Under the pieces are notes generated by a model, which ran no database searches, was not told the origin of the DNA, and saw nothing but the letters and a program-made list of their open reading frames with translations. A program made the translations under genes and the position numbers. A DNA stretch of 63,333 nucleotides, counting the filler, from Cercozoa sp. M6MM (taxonomy: Eukaryota; Protista; Endomyxa: Ascetosporea): assembly GCA_040357565.1 (NCBI GenBank). It is 12 parts of 12 records of this genome, joined end to end, with 100 filler letters (N's around TTAATTAATTAA, not from the genome) between each part and the next. Parts side by side here need not be neighbours in the genome. Positions count along the whole stretch, not along the records: positions 4,642 to 13,865 come from JBDODJ010000493.1; positions 13,966 to 29,065 come from JBDODJ010000312.1; 10 more parts are not named here. One strand, written 5' to 3'. Of this stretch, positions 12,494 through 25,979 are shown one piece after another (within the stretch, counting starts at the first letter, position 1; the number at the start of each line of letters is the position of its first letter).

Positions 12494-13819
12494 ATGCACT
12501 GGGCGTTGTTGTTTGTGCATGGAGTGCTGATATTATCGGTCGCTACTGCTGATGCTGGTGTATTATAGTCGTTCATGTCTTTTACATGTCTTTCTCGACA
12601 GGAATAACACGTATGTGCAGAAGGTGAAGTTTGTGACGAGTCTGTTCCGACATGGAGATCGCGCACCATTGACGCGCTTGCCAAACGATGATTTGAACAC
12701 GCCCGACTCGTGGCCGCTCGGATTGGGTCAGGTACAGTGCGTTCGTTTGATTAGACCGCAATAGGTTGAGTTCGCACTGTGCGTAGCTGACCAAGTTGGG
12801 CGCGGAGCAGCACCGTCGATTGGGTGCCAAGCTGCGCCACGAGTTTGCTGACTCGCTCGATCTGTTCGGTACACACACACACGCGCGCACACACACACGC
12901 ACACGCATACACACACACATGCATACACAAACACGCACACACACATTGTGTATGCGTTTTCCAGGCGAGGACGGTCTCTACGATCACCGGCGTTTGCGTG
13001 TCGAAAGCAGCGACGTTGATCGGTACGATTCGTGCGTATGTAGAACTTGAAACGAAGCACTGACGATACTCAACGTGCACAGCTGCCTCATGTCGGCACA
13101 AGCGTTGCTGTCGACGCTGTACGTGCCTCCTGCGGACGACACTGTCGATGAGGCCTTCTCGTGGCGCCCTCTCCCGGTGCACTCGAGCCCTCTTGGTACA
13201 ATAACAGCCGTACTGTTGTGCCCTCGCCTGTGTTTGTGCATTTTTTGCCGCATGCAGGCTTTGATCGCGTGTTCCGCGGCACATCATCCAGGGTAGGTTT
13301 CAGTGAAGACTATATGTAACAATATTACATCTTAGTCTCTCGGTGAGGACACAGACTTGCCCACGCTGGCCAAAGCGTCTGACGGCTGTTCGGAGTACTT
13401 TTAGGATACAGAGGCAGTTGAGTAGAGTAGCCATGTATATTTATGGATGGCACAGACCGTCGCGTGTTTGCCGAGCTGTTCGATCAGCCAGAGTGGCAGC
13501 GCGTCGCTCAGAAGGTGTCCAAGGCTACCGGCATGGAGGTGAACGTGTTCACTGCCTTCGCTATCCACGGTACTTTTGTGTTCATGCATCTGTGTATGTC
13601 CAATGCAAGCAAACATTTGGATGGCAGACACACTGCTGGTGCAGCAAGTGCACAAACGCACACATCCGGGCGGCCTCACTGACCGTACTGAGTGGACAGT
13701 GTGTGTATGTATGTTGGCGTGCGTGTATATGTGATGTGAGCCATACCGACAGAGGACGTCGAAGACCTGTACCCATTGGCCCAAGCTTCCTATAATTCTT
13801 TTTTTGCCGACCTCATGCT
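12494..13819 (+). CDS. Secreted/lysosomal histidine acid phosphatase, 3'-truncated
   Basis: Signal peptide MHWALLFVHGVLILSVATADA; RHGDRAP motif; WPLGLGQLTKLG; RVESSDVDR/CLMSAQ; WRPLPVH; CPRW. Confidence 0.9.
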
Positions 13820-13983
13820 GTAACCGAGTGTCTCTCCCTCCCTCCCTCCCTCCCTCCCTCCCTCCNNNNNNNNNNNNNNNNNNNNNNNNNNNNNNNNNNN
13901 NNNNNNNNNTTAATTAATTAANNNNNNNNNNNNNNNNNNNNNNNNNNNNNNNNNNNNNNNNNNNNGTGTGTGTGTGTGTGTGC

Positions 13984-14017
<34 letters not shown>

Positions 14018-14037
14018 GTGTGTGTGTGTGTGTGCAG

Positions 14038-17000
14038 CCAAATACGCTTACCCGAACGGGAGTTTCCTTCAAATAGTGGATGGGTACTGTACGATGCATA
14101 TGTTAAACACAGCCGAGCAAGGAGTGGGCTGGTGATTCACTTCTCATCAAGGCGCTGTTAATGTTGTTTTTAGTGACTTCGATATCGGGGTCGAAGTATG
14201 GCGGTAAGTTTAAATCCAGCTTTCAATTGAACGCATCTGCACCCGTACATACAACCTGGACACCAGGCAAGACAACCCCGGAAAACTGCAGAAATACGTG
14301 TTTGATGAAGGTCTTTTGGACTACGGGTCGTTGGTACAACATGCTTAGCAGCCTGAGACTGAATCAAAGAGCTGCTGTTTCTTTTGTTGTAGGGATTTCT
14401 GGGCTCTAGTGGGTTTTACTTTCCAAAGCTACTGGACGAAACCTATCCAGGGCTCTTTCTCGGTACTCTATAACATTACTGTACCATATAACATTACTTG
14501 CTTTCTCTACGAATAGAGCACTACCGTGCTTTAACCTGGTTTTCCAACATCTCGGACTACTTTGAACCTGACAGCGCGTACGAAGGAGACTCTACTCTGT
14601 GCACTGAATCACTCGGATGCATTGGAGGCAAATGGTACTGTACGAAGAAGCAACCGTCGCATATGAAATTATCAAAGCGACCAATAAGCATACATCTTGG
14701 TGCTGTACTTAGGTTTTCTCCTGCCTGCACTCTCAACACGACAAGCGTGAACACCTCCAATCCCAACAGCCTCAACTGCATTCCAATCATCAGCTACACT
14801 GTCAGTTGGGAGGTACTTTTTGTTGGCAGCTTCTCCTTTACTATCTCTATCTGTGTGGGTGTAAATAATAGAGCTGGTTCACGCAACTGGCATACCATTT
14901 CAACCTGCCAGTGACTATGATTCCCATGAACCACTACGATAGGTGGACAGCTGCGATCTATGACGCTATTGAACACAACAAGCGAATTCTAGCGCCTCTT
15001 TGGGAACCGCACGAGTTCACACTCGGTGAGGATTACTTCCAACGTATTTCCTTCCCAAGGAACACCCCATCATGCTCCGCCAAGTGGGATCCAAATGTGA
15101 GTTTTTCTTTTTATGTTCTTAAATAAACCATTGTAATAATTTGTACTTTGTTTTAACATCTTGTGCACCCAAATGAAGGTGCTGAACCCTCCACAAGGTA
15201 GCAGCGAGCATTCTGTGTCACGTAAAAGCACTAGGTTTGTTGATTTTTTTTTGCGCAACGACAGGGGCCAACGGCATTGACTGCGACTACGCAAAGGCAG
15301 CGTTGTTGAAGTTGTTCAGGGTAGACCTAGGAGAAATCAGCGAGGTTGCTCATAAGTTCATGTAATCATCTCTTTGCGAAGTGCTGCTGTGCCGATAAGC
15401 CATTATTTGTCACAACCAGAGAAGGATTTGAGCTGACTGTCGACGATTATACGTATTTGCTGTCGAACCACGAGGTACGAATATTTGCAAGAGACATATA
15501 CCCCCCCCCCCCCCCGCGCCCATGGATTGTGACAATTTGTTATCGATATTAAATTGTTTAGAATGGCGGTGGGAACATGTCCACGCATGAGGTCACACCT
15601 TTTCGTGCTTTCATTGATATCATCGTGTTGTGAATACGATTATACTGGTAACCTTTCGTAGTTGGTTTGCACCTACATCAACTCCTTCGAAACCAGGATT
15701 TCGAAATGGATACCCTCGGCTGACCTACCTGGTTGCGAAACTATCGATGACTCGTTTTTTGAACTAGGTAACATCCATACCAGTGGACGCTGTTTTCACT
15801 AAAAGCACCCTCAATGTGTCACGCAGCTAGAGATCACCCGGAGTTGGCTCCGTACGTTTCCATCCTCAACCAGGATTTCTGACATAATGCCTTTTATGTT
15901 TCTCCGAACTTGCTTTGATTACTGCATTCTCAGGTTCGACGCTGCCACCCGTCAGTACCTTCTTGACTTGTGCTTCGAAAGGCGGGTATTGAGCAACCAG
16001 GGGAGAATAACTCAGCCCTTCATTTTCATGTTTAACGTTGGACCAGGAAATCGACTCCCAAACAGAAGCCGTTGGCATCGCACTCTTCGTCTGCGGCGCG
16101 CTGCTTTCCTTTTTGTCATCGGTGTGGTTTTTCTTAAAACGAAAGGAACGACTCGTGAAGGCCGCATCGACAAAGATGAGCCACATAGTTTCTTTCTGTC
16201 GTCTGTTTTGCGTTTTAACGCATGATGACATGGCTGAGTGCAGATCTTCTTTTCGAGTGCCATATTGTCGGTCCAGTGTTATATAACAACTCGGTAAACT
16301 ACGGAGATAAAGTACTGTATCTTGGACAAGTCTGTATCATAGACATTGACTCTTTTAAAGGAAGAGAGAAGCTTGGGTATGTACTTCGTCGGAGTGGCTC
16401 GGCAACCTTTCTTTGATGGCAGGTATGTTAAAGGTATCGATGGGTCGATGGTCGGCCGTAAATTATATTTTAATCCTTTTACTGTTTCTACAGTGCTGAT
16501 CACGTTCGTTGGTATTCTGTCGAGGCTGCTTCCGATATATCCCTGCCACTGAACCTTTTAACTATTTTTGGCAGCTAAGAACGTCCGACTTGAAAAGATA
16601 TTCTTGCTAAAGGCATCCGCTTTTTTAAATTTATGTCACTGAATCCGAGATGCATGCATATTCAAGTTTCGTAGGAACTGAAACGCATCAAAATCACTGA
16701 CATGCAGCTCATGAAAACTATCATCGGTGGCGTAATTGTCGAGGTACAGGAACCCAAGCTGCTGTACGTAACGTTTGCACATTGTGCTACCACCGCAGGC
16801 GATTGCTATTGGCGTCGCCGAAATCGTTCAAGCGTCGGAAGCAACTGAGCTCGTGAATGACCACAAGGTCTATGTCGATTGTCACAGATCAAACAGCTCG
16901 ATGAATCTACTCCCCAAACTCCCGATTTTAATCGCAGTTCTTTGGATCATTAAGTTGTGTGTCACACTGCGAGATGCACCGCCCGAGTTCAGAGAAGCAA

Positions 17001-17370
17001 CGCAGGTAGCCCCACATATACGAAAGATGATCAATAGTGACAGAGATTGGATTGTAGATTGAAATCATCGTTTGGCTTTCACTCTTAACGACGGTTATTC
17101 TTGGTAAACGCGTATATTTAGCGTCGTTTGTTTTCTCGGTGCAATTGAAGTCCAGCCAGGTTTCTTTTCTCATATTCTTTGGTTTTACAGAGATTGTGAA
17201 GGGAGTTTACGCAGGACGTATCAACACCGTCGCACGTGCCTCTGCAGTGTACTGCACTCTTTTGTTTACTTGAGTTACGCCATCAATCGTTTTTGACAGT
17301 GGCACCTTTCTGATTGTTGCCTACATAGTGCTGTTGGTACTGGACTCGGTTTGTGCTACAGTTTGCCAGT
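14038..17370 (+). CDS. Class C (7tm_3/GABA-B-like) GPCR with large extracellular domain, 5'-truncated
   Basis: TM1 followed by KRKERLVKAASTKMSH; AKNVRLEKIF; LRDAPPEFREATQIEI resembles the class C P-x-x-F-x-E-A motif. End coordinate approximate. Confidence 0.7.
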
Positions 17371-17449
17371 TAGCTTACTACATTCTCTGTGCTTAAACGT
17401 GTCAGTATACGGTTCCCCGCGTCATGAGGTACACAGTCTATTTCTTGTG

Positions 17450-18629
17450 TCAAGCTGACAGGAGAATAAAAAGCCCGGTCTCGTTGTAATTGGCAGCGTG
17501 CATTGCGGAGCTCAATACGCCGTCTTGTCCAATCTTCTGTCTTCGGGCCGAAGCTCGACCCGAACGACGTCGACTTCGCACCGACGCACACCATCGCACT
17601 TCGAAACGAGCAGAGCGGAGACCTACAAGGTCTCCGTTCAAGAGCGCACTGCCAGTGACTGATTCGACTGACACGGGACTGTACTGTGCAGTGCAGTACG
17701 ACGGAAGACGACAGCGCGTGCGAGTGCGACGGTGAATTTTACTTTACTAGCACGCGACGTATAGCTGAGTTGTATCGTATGAACACCTACGCCACACGAG
17801 TGACGCGACGCGCGCGTGCTGCACATTAACGTAACGAAACTGCCGTGAGTGGCCAAAAGCCAAACGAGTAATACGGACTACGACTCGACCTGAGAGCTAC
17901 TGCAGATCCTTATCGCGGCGCCAAACCGAAGCCACGACCTCCGCAAGCGAGCCGACGACAGCGCCGACGGAAGCACCCCAGATCTACACTTAAACCTCGC
18001 TCAAACATGTAGCAATACTCACTCGGGAGACAAGGTACCACTGCATCGGGGTAGCGCTGCCACTTCTGTGGCAGGTCAGGAATCATTTCGCTCGCTCCAA
18101 TCTGCAGAAACTCAATATAAAGAAAGCCGATAGCTTGATTACCACTCGGAGTAGTTAGTACCAAGGCGCCAACAGCGACAGCAGTCGCGACAGGCGGATT
18201 CAGCAGTTTCGACCACGGTGTCGTCGCCAGTATCCGCGCGGACACTGGCGGGAGAAACGCCAGCTCAATCAGTGCGATCAGAAACAGCACCAGCAGAAAA
18301 GTGTTGAAGGGCGTCACTGTGGCCACTTGCGTCTCCGGTGTCACGGCAGCGATCGTGTGCTGCAGGTCGCGGTACGTGCTGCACAGCACCGCCACGCTGA
18401 CACACACCGCTCGCGTCAGTGTCTCCTTCCCCGCGGACGATCCAGTCAACACGTGCGACACCAAAACTGTCAACACGGCCGCGAGTGCGCCTAAAACGTC
18501 TGAAAACACAAAAACATAAAATACCGCGCCGACAGTGAAAAGGCACAAAAACGACTCACTCGAGTGTCCGCTTGACGCATATATTACGCACGACGCGGCG
18601 AAACGTACCAACGGCACGCTATATCGCAT
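17450..18629 (-). CDS. Hypothetical multi-pass membrane protein
   Basis: Long hydrophobic coding-like frame 17910-18629 with GT-AG interruptions; no recognisable family. Confidence 0.45.
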
Positions 18630-18804
18630 ATAAACTAACCACTACCGCGTTTGCACACGTACTAAGCTCTAAGTTCGTTTGGCAAACAATCTCATCATCA
18701 GTCGATTTTTGTGTGATTTGGAACTGGGACAGGGTTTCGCTAGTTTCCACCAAATGTGGGAATTGTATTGTGTTGTAGTCTCCAACTGTGGCTAGTGCTG
18801 TGCA

Positions 18805-21800
18805 ATGTCCGCCTCGGGCACACAGACGGGTTCTTCAGTCTCTCTTTCCGTGGACGAGAGTCATCTGAGCTCCCCTGCAGCAGATGATCAGTTCGATGTG
18901 CTAGCGACGCCAAAGGCACGTTTCGACGCCGTGCGGTGTGCACTCGCGCTTCGGGAGCTAGTCTCGACCGAACGCACGCACGTGTCAGGTTTGAAGCTGC
19001 TCAAAGCCACCGGCGATGTGCTTCGTGAGCGCAACGAAGTCGAACTGACTGGTGCGTTGAGTTGATATTTCACTTTCAATTTAAGTTGTAAGTTCAGTTT
19101 GACATTCTGTCACTTTGAAATTTCGCAGAGTGGAAGCGAGTTTTCGGTTCCTGCAGCAATATTCTGAGTGCACACACGGATTTCCTGTGTCACATTGAAC
19201 AAGCCGTTGCGGAAACAGTTGCCAAGGACGGCTTTGTCGAGAAACTGAAGGAACTGCGTCGAATCATAAATTCGGGTCAAAACGAAACGAAAGATGACTC
19301 TTTGGAAATAAAGCAGCTGCTCGAAGTGGTTCGAACTGTCTCAGGAATCGTGAGCAAGTTCGCTCCGAGCTTTCGCGCTGCCTCGGCCTTGATCTACACG
19401 TACGAAAGTGCACTGTCTTCGTCGCGTATCATTGGTCGCGACGTGATCGCTCGGGCCCTGTTCGATGCCGAAACTCGACTGGCGAACAAAAACGCTGTGC
19501 GAACCAAGCGTGTCTCAACTGGAGGTGGTGATTTGGTAGTGTAAATTTACACCACTATTTGCAAAATAGAAGAGTGTTGTTCCAACAAAAGCACTGCATG
19601 AATCGATTGAAATTAGGGCGCTTTGCTCATCCTGCCAGTGCAGCGACTGCCTCGCTACAAACTGCTGCTGAGTGAGATCGAAAATCAAGTAACGGCTCGT
19701 TTTGAGACAGCGTCCATTGTCGCACGTGCTGTGCAGGATGTCGAGCGACTCACTCGCGGCATCAACGACGGCAAACACGACTTTGACCGCATGTGCGCCC
19801 GTCAACGAATGCAACTTGAGTTGATCAATCTGCACACGAGCGAAAGCGATGAAACTGAATCGTTTCTGTCGAAATCGAAAACTGAACTGGCGAAACTGGA
19901 CCTCGCGATTGACTTGCGAAGTCGCGTGAGTCGACTGCGTCGAATGACACTCGTTCGTGCTTTGGGTAGACGCACGAAGCGCGCGCTTCGAGCACGCCAC
20001 CGCCAGTCGGCAGTGCGGCTGTATCTTTTCGACGACAGCCTGATCATTGCTCGCCGCGTCGATGATGCTAAGTCCCCGCGCGCACGTCCGCGCGGACGAA
20101 AGTCGCCGCTTGCCATGTTCTTTCGCAGTTTCGGCACTGACGACAGCAACGAAATTGAAAGCAAAGCAGCGAACGAAGCGCCGGAAAGCGACGAATCGAT
20201 TGACTTGTGCGATTGCTTTTGGTACGAGCGTTTCAACGGAGAAAGCACCGAACCGTGGCGTTTCAAAGTGAAGAAAGACTTGAACTTTTCCAACGGAATC
20301 GAAGCGCTTCCTGGCGATGCGAAGCAGAACTGCGAAATGGTGCTTCGCTACGGCTTTGATGAAACTGCCAAAGAAGCGAAAGGTGGCTCGAAACTGCACT
20401 TCGAGTTCGAATCTCGCATACAGCGTGATGCTTGGTACATTTACTCAACGGTGTGGCACAAAAAGGCGTCTCTTTGACTATATCAGTACTGTAGGCTGAG
20501 CGACATCAAAGCTTATGCCGAAAAAGACATTTTCCGCCGAGCCTCGATGCTGAGTGGAACTTCGATCCGCAGTTTCGAAAGCGACGTCGGAGCCCAGCCG
20601 CGTGCTGTGCTTTACAAAGCCAACACGCTCATGCAAGCGATGCGAGCCAATGCCATTGTTGAAGAAGAGGAGGAAGAACTCGAAACAGTTTCCGAAGAGT
20701 CAGAAATCGAGCCCTCTGTGTCGCTTTCGCACGCTCGTGTCGAGCTCGAACTGAACGCGCAAAAGCAAACCAACCAAACTCTCAACTCGCGTCTGGAGTC
20801 GCTGCAACGCGAAAACGAAGCTTTGCGCGAGCGGCTGCAACTCCGCGATTCTCTGTTCGAAAAAGCGACGAAAGAGAACGAAGAACTTCGCAAAAAGAGC
20901 GAAGCTGCTTCGGACGCTTTCGCGAGTCGAGAAAGCAACGAACTCGCTTCGGCAGAGACCCAAGCTGCCAGTCTGTGCTCGCAACTCGAGCAACTCGAAG
21001 TCGAGAACAAGGCGGTGCGCACCGAGTTCCAACGAGTGCTGGCAGATTTCTCTGGCGTCGCGAAAGAGCGTGAAGCTCTCAGTTCGAGTGCGCGTGAAAT
21101 GCGAAACGAACTAATTGGAGCCACCGAAAAAAATAAGCGTCTCAACTCGCGAATCGACGAACTTGGCAGCGAAGTCGCCAAAAGCAACCAGGAACGCCAA
21201 GATCTGTCGGAAGAAGTGCACCAGTTGCGAAACGACAAGTCTGAGCTCAAGCTGAAAGCACAAGTTCAGCTTTGCTAGAACACAAGAGCGAAAGTGAAAC
21301 TGCACTGGTTCAAAAAGATACACGCATCGAGCAGCTTGTTTCAGTTGTTTCGTCGCTGGAATTGAAGCTCGAAAAAACTCAGCTCGCGCGAACTGAAGCC
21401 GAAACACGCGAGCTCGATCTCTTGAATGCTCTGTCGAAAGAGAAGCAAGCAAGAAGTCGACTTGCTTCGTACCTGGAAAGGACTCGAAGCCAGCAAAATA
21501 GCAAGCGAACTCATTTGTTGCACGAACTGGGTTCGTTGAAAGCCTCGTTCGACTTCGTGAGGCACCACGTGTGCGAACTGCAACAATTGCACAACGAGAG
21601 CACTCAAGACACCAAAGCAAAGTTGTTTGGTCTTCGAAAGCAACAGTCGGGGCAACTGCAGCGACTTGCCTCTTCACAGCGCCAACTTCAACAACAGCTC
21701 GCTCAAAGCGAAAGCGAACGAAGCGAACTGATCGATCAGTTGACTGTGCGAGATTCACGGATTTCCCAGTTGCACGAGCAGTTGCAAATTCTGACTGCGG

Positions 21801-23326
21801 CAGTCACATCGCTTCAAAAACAAAACGAGATTCTGCAGGTCCAAGTAACTGAGCAAAGCGATAGAATCTCTTCGTACCAAACTCAGTTGGAGACGAATCA
21901 ACTCGAACTTGAGTCGCTGCAAACAACCTTCTCTAACGAACGAAAGCAGCTCGAATCGACTACTTCACAACAAAAGGATGAGATTCAACGACTCAAAGCA
22001 ACGATTGACGAAGCAATGAGTCAGAAAAACAAACTCTCTCTTTCGCTGCGACGACTCCAAAGCGAATCATCAGTCCAACTGACGGAGTTGCGATCACAGC
22101 TTTCGTCCCTCGTTTTTGCGTTTCGAAACGAAAGCACTTTTGCGATGAAAACAACAAAGACGACATTGTTTCGACTGCTGTCGCAGTCGCAGAGACGACA
22201 CGCGAACGAAAAAGCACAGCTCGAGTCGAAACTTGAGAAATCGCGGCTACTGCACGAAAGCACCGCGAATCATGTATTAAAGAAAACCCAGCTCGTCATT
22301 CGAGTCGAGCGAAAGCTATCGCAAGCCTTGTTCGCAGCAGTGCAACAACTTTCGGAAAGATTGGACTCGCTGCAGCTGCTCGAAAGCGATGCACGTCGCG
22401 CACACTCGCGAAGCACGCAAAAACTTCGACGCAGTTTGCGACGCAGCGAAAGCGAAACCGTGGCAGCACTGACTGAAGCGAGAGACGCGATACTTGAGAG
22501 TCGACGCTTCAAGCACCGACTCGAAAGAACGCAGCAGCAAGCGCAGCACGACCGAGACTTGCTGCAGAGCGAACTGAGCCAAGTGAGACAGTCGGCGCAA
22601 CTGCTGCGCCAAGACGGCGCTCAAGCGCGAGCTCTCGCCGAGTCCGAACAACGCCGGAGTCAACGAGCGCTGCTTTCGCTTCGCGAACAGGTAACAGTTT
22701 TGTCGCATTCGTTTCAAGCTTCTTCGTTTGCTGTTCACGTTTCAACTCGAACTGAAGCTGTTTGTTCTGACGATAAATTAAATATGACCATTGTAGGAAA
22801 CGCAAACACAAGTGCTGCTGAAAGAGAGTGCCTCGCTGACCGAGCGACTGCACGCAGCAAGAGCAGAAACGCGAAATTTGCGCGAGCAACTCGATTCGAC
22901 GCGAAGCGAAAAACGCAAATGCGAAAAGCGACTGCGCAAAGCACTCGCCGAGGCGCATCAAATGCGTCAAGCACTGTACACTGCCACTCTGTGTTTCTTT
23001 CCATTCACTTATAGTCCAAACACAACAGCAAGGTGGCAATGCAACACCGCCACCAGCCTCCGTTGCGTGCACTCAGTTCGAGCACTCGCAGTCAGAGTAG
23101 CGACTTGATCAAAAGCGACACCACGTCCGAGGAGCAACAACAGAAACAGCAACAACAAAAGCAGCAGCAACAGCCGCAGCAACGCGAGTCGACAACAGCG
23201 GCGACGTTCTCGCATTTGCGCAGACGAGCCGACACGCAGCTCGGACACCTGCGGCAGCAACTCGATGTGCTCGAGTCCATGCTCGGACATGCGGCGCGCT
23301 ACGACCGGCGAAACGCCAGACTCTAA
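18805..23326 (+). CDS. RhoGEF (DH-PH) protein with long C-terminal coiled coil; frame break near 21265
   Basis: ALRELVSTERTHVSGLKLL and LILPVQRLPRYKLLLSEI (DH); VRLYLFDDSLIIAR...FEFESRIQRDAW (PH); several hundred residues rich in E/Q/L/K. Confidence 0.85.
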
Positions 23327-23497
23327 AACTTAGCTTTAGCTGCGTGATAGCTCACCAAGTCTCTCCTGCCTGTATCATCATATTGCCTCGATTTGCGTTT
23401 CAGGGCTTCCGCCGTTCATAATTTAGTTGGTCAGCTCAAAAACGAATAGAGTGCGTTGCACGGGCCATTGCTCTCATTAAAACTTCGGCGGAGCAAG

Positions 23498-23500
<3 letters not shown>

Positions 23501-23584
<84 letters not shown>

Positions 23585-23594
23585 NNNNNNNNNN

Positions 23595-23640
<46 letters not shown>
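23501..23640. repeat. (CT)n microsatellite with internal gap
   Basis: Directly visible. Confidence 0.95.
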
Positions 23641-23648
<8 letters not shown>

Positions 23649-23921
23649 CGTCTCTCTTTCTTCATCTACCTTACTGTTGTATTTACAGGCCGGAAGCACC
23701 GACACGAAAGAACTCTGACTGTCTGTCGTTTCTCCACCGTCTGTACCGAAAGAACTCTGATCTTATCAACAACTTTAAAAAAAACGTCAAAGCGGATAAG
23801 CGCGTTTAAGACGACCCAAACGCCACAGTTCGTTGATCTGGTGCTGTTTTACTGTCCTGTTCGTGCCGTGGGGTACGGTGAACAAAATCGAACTCGATTG
23901 TTGTTTCCAGTGAAATGAACA

Positions 23922-24720
23922 ATGCGAGCACTTCACGTTAGCCAACGCCTCTACCGCGCTGCCAGACGCCTCAACTCGCAGCTGGGTGTGACCAGTTTCC
24001 ATTGTTGTTCGAATACTGGAAGTTGCGAGAGGTTGTTCTGCAGTGGACGAACTGCCGAGTCCTGGCAGTTCAGGGGCCAAATCAAGCGCAAATTTGGGCC
24101 CGGCATTGGTGGACGCCATCAATGCGTATGTGGCTCACTACAGAGTCCCGATAGCAATGACGCTCACCGCACTGGCTTCCTCTGTCTATCTCGTGACACA
24201 CCAACAAACGCAGCGTATGTCTAGACTGTTTGAAGTGGATGTGTACCATAATTTTGGGCCTTGTCGTGCGTAGAAGTTCGGCAAGAGTTGAAAGCCGAGA
24301 TGAAAAGCTTCAAAGACGAGATGAAAGCCGAGATGACGAGTTTTAAAAACGAGATGAAAGCCGAGATGACGAGTTTTAAAAACGAGATGAAACGCGAGTT
24401 CGCTGGTACAGTGTTCTGGTTAACTTGAGTGCGACAACATTTTTTCATCTTTCGGCTTTTTGGTAGCACACGAGCAGCGCATCTTTGGTGAGTTTGTGTT
24501 TGGTTTGTGTTTCGTGTTTTCGGATGACTGCAGAGAAACCTGCTTTGTTTTGTGTCGCTTCGGCAGCCTTGGTGTCGATCCAGCGAGGCGCAGCGGCTGT
24601 GCAGATGGACGGTAAGCTACGCTTCACTCAGCTTTCTGTTTCTGCGCACTGTACGCTTGGCACCCACCCACTGACAGAACCACACAAATCCACGGAGGAT
24701 GACGATTTGGGGCCTGAGTA
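23922..24720 (+). CDS. Small single-TM coiled-coil protein with presequence-like N-terminus, copy 1
   Basis: Spliced: MRALHVSQRLYRAARRLNSQL-VDELPSP...IAMTLTALASSVYLV...ELKAEMKSFKDEMKAEMTSFKNEMKAEMTSFKNEMKREFA; introns conserved with copy 2. Confidence 0.6.
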
Positions 24721-24839
24721 AATTTAGTTGCTTTGAAACCTAAGTTTTACTCGAGAAATTTACGCTAATTACTCAAGCTTATAGTTGCTCTAAATGCACT
24801 ATAAGTGAAACGCGTATAGAATATACTTACAGATCTTTG

Positions 24840-25301
24840 TGTTACCGCAGCCCTCTCACGTCTGATAGGGATCAGGCCTTGGTAACGTAAATTGAGGGTA
24901 CTTTGCCAGTGATACAAAAAAAAAAAACTAAGGAACGCAAAAAGTCTGTTCTTGGAGGAAGAGTGACCAAGTGTCAGTTTGAAAGAGTGAGTTACCCCAA
25001 CGGTTCAGTTGGGCGGCAAAGCACTGACGGACGGGAAAGTCACCCTCAGATGGTAACTGCAGAAAGGACAGTCAGTAAAAAGGGTCCTTGAGACGGAAAG
25101 GCGTCGTCAGAACTGAGTAGTGAGGATTCAGAAGTACTTGGGTTGGCGTGAAGTAAAGAAAAGAAGGGCCTCTAGAAAGGCAGAGGACAGGTAGAAGCGA
25201 AGACAACTGATCCTGGAGAGATCAGATTACCTGGTCGAGAGAGAGCCCTTCTTTGAGTTCAGCTGCAAAAAGGCTTCCCTACTCAAACACAGGTGTTCCA
25301 C
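24840..25301. mobile_element. LTR family A copy, truncated
   Basis: Starts TGTTACCGCAGCCCTCTC; the paralogous block shows the empty site (ATCTTTG|GCGTGG at ~26797). Confidence 0.8.
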
Positions 25302-25302
25302 A

Positions 25303-25799
25303 CGTCGGAGTGGCTCGGCAGCCTTTCTTTGATGACAGGTAGGCTAAAGGTTAAAGATATTGATGGGTCGATGGATATATCCCTGCCACTGAACCTTTTG
25401 GGCAATTTTTGGCAGCTAAGAACGTCCGACTTGAAAAGATATTCTTGCTAAAGGCACCCGATTTTTTATGTCACTGAATCCGATGCATATTCAAGTTTCG
25501 TAGGAACTGAAACGCATCAAAATCACCGACATGCAGCTAATGAAAACTATTATCGGTGGCGTAATTGCCGAGGTACCAGGAACCCAAGCTGCTGTACCTT
25601 TTCACATTGTGCTGCCACCGCAGGCGATAGCTATTGGCATCGCCGAAATCGTGAATGACCACAAGGTCTATGTCGATTGCCACAGACCAAACAGCTCGAT
25701 GAATCTTCCCAAACTCCCGATTTTAATCGCAGGTCTTTTGGATCATTAATTTGTGTGTCACACTGCGAGAAGCACCCAACGCCCTAGTTCAGAGAAGCA
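25303..25799 (+). pseudogene. Duplicated, intron-containing, internally deleted fragment of the GPCR gene (16388-16999)
   Basis: Near-identical blocks such as GTCGGAGTGGCTCGGCA, GCAGCTAAGAACGTCCGACTTGAAAAGATATTCTTGCTAAAGG and GTTCAGAGAAGCA. Confidence 0.85.
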
Positions 25800-25979
25800 C
25801 ACAGAACGCAAAAAGAACTCTGATCTGTTCAAAATAAAATTAAAAAAACGTCAAAGCGGAAAGCGCGTTTAAGACGACCCAGACGCCAGGTTCATTACTG
25901 GCGTTGTGCTACTGTACTGTTCGTGCCACGGGCCACGATGAACAAAATCGAACTAAACTATCTTGGTTTTCGGTGAAAC

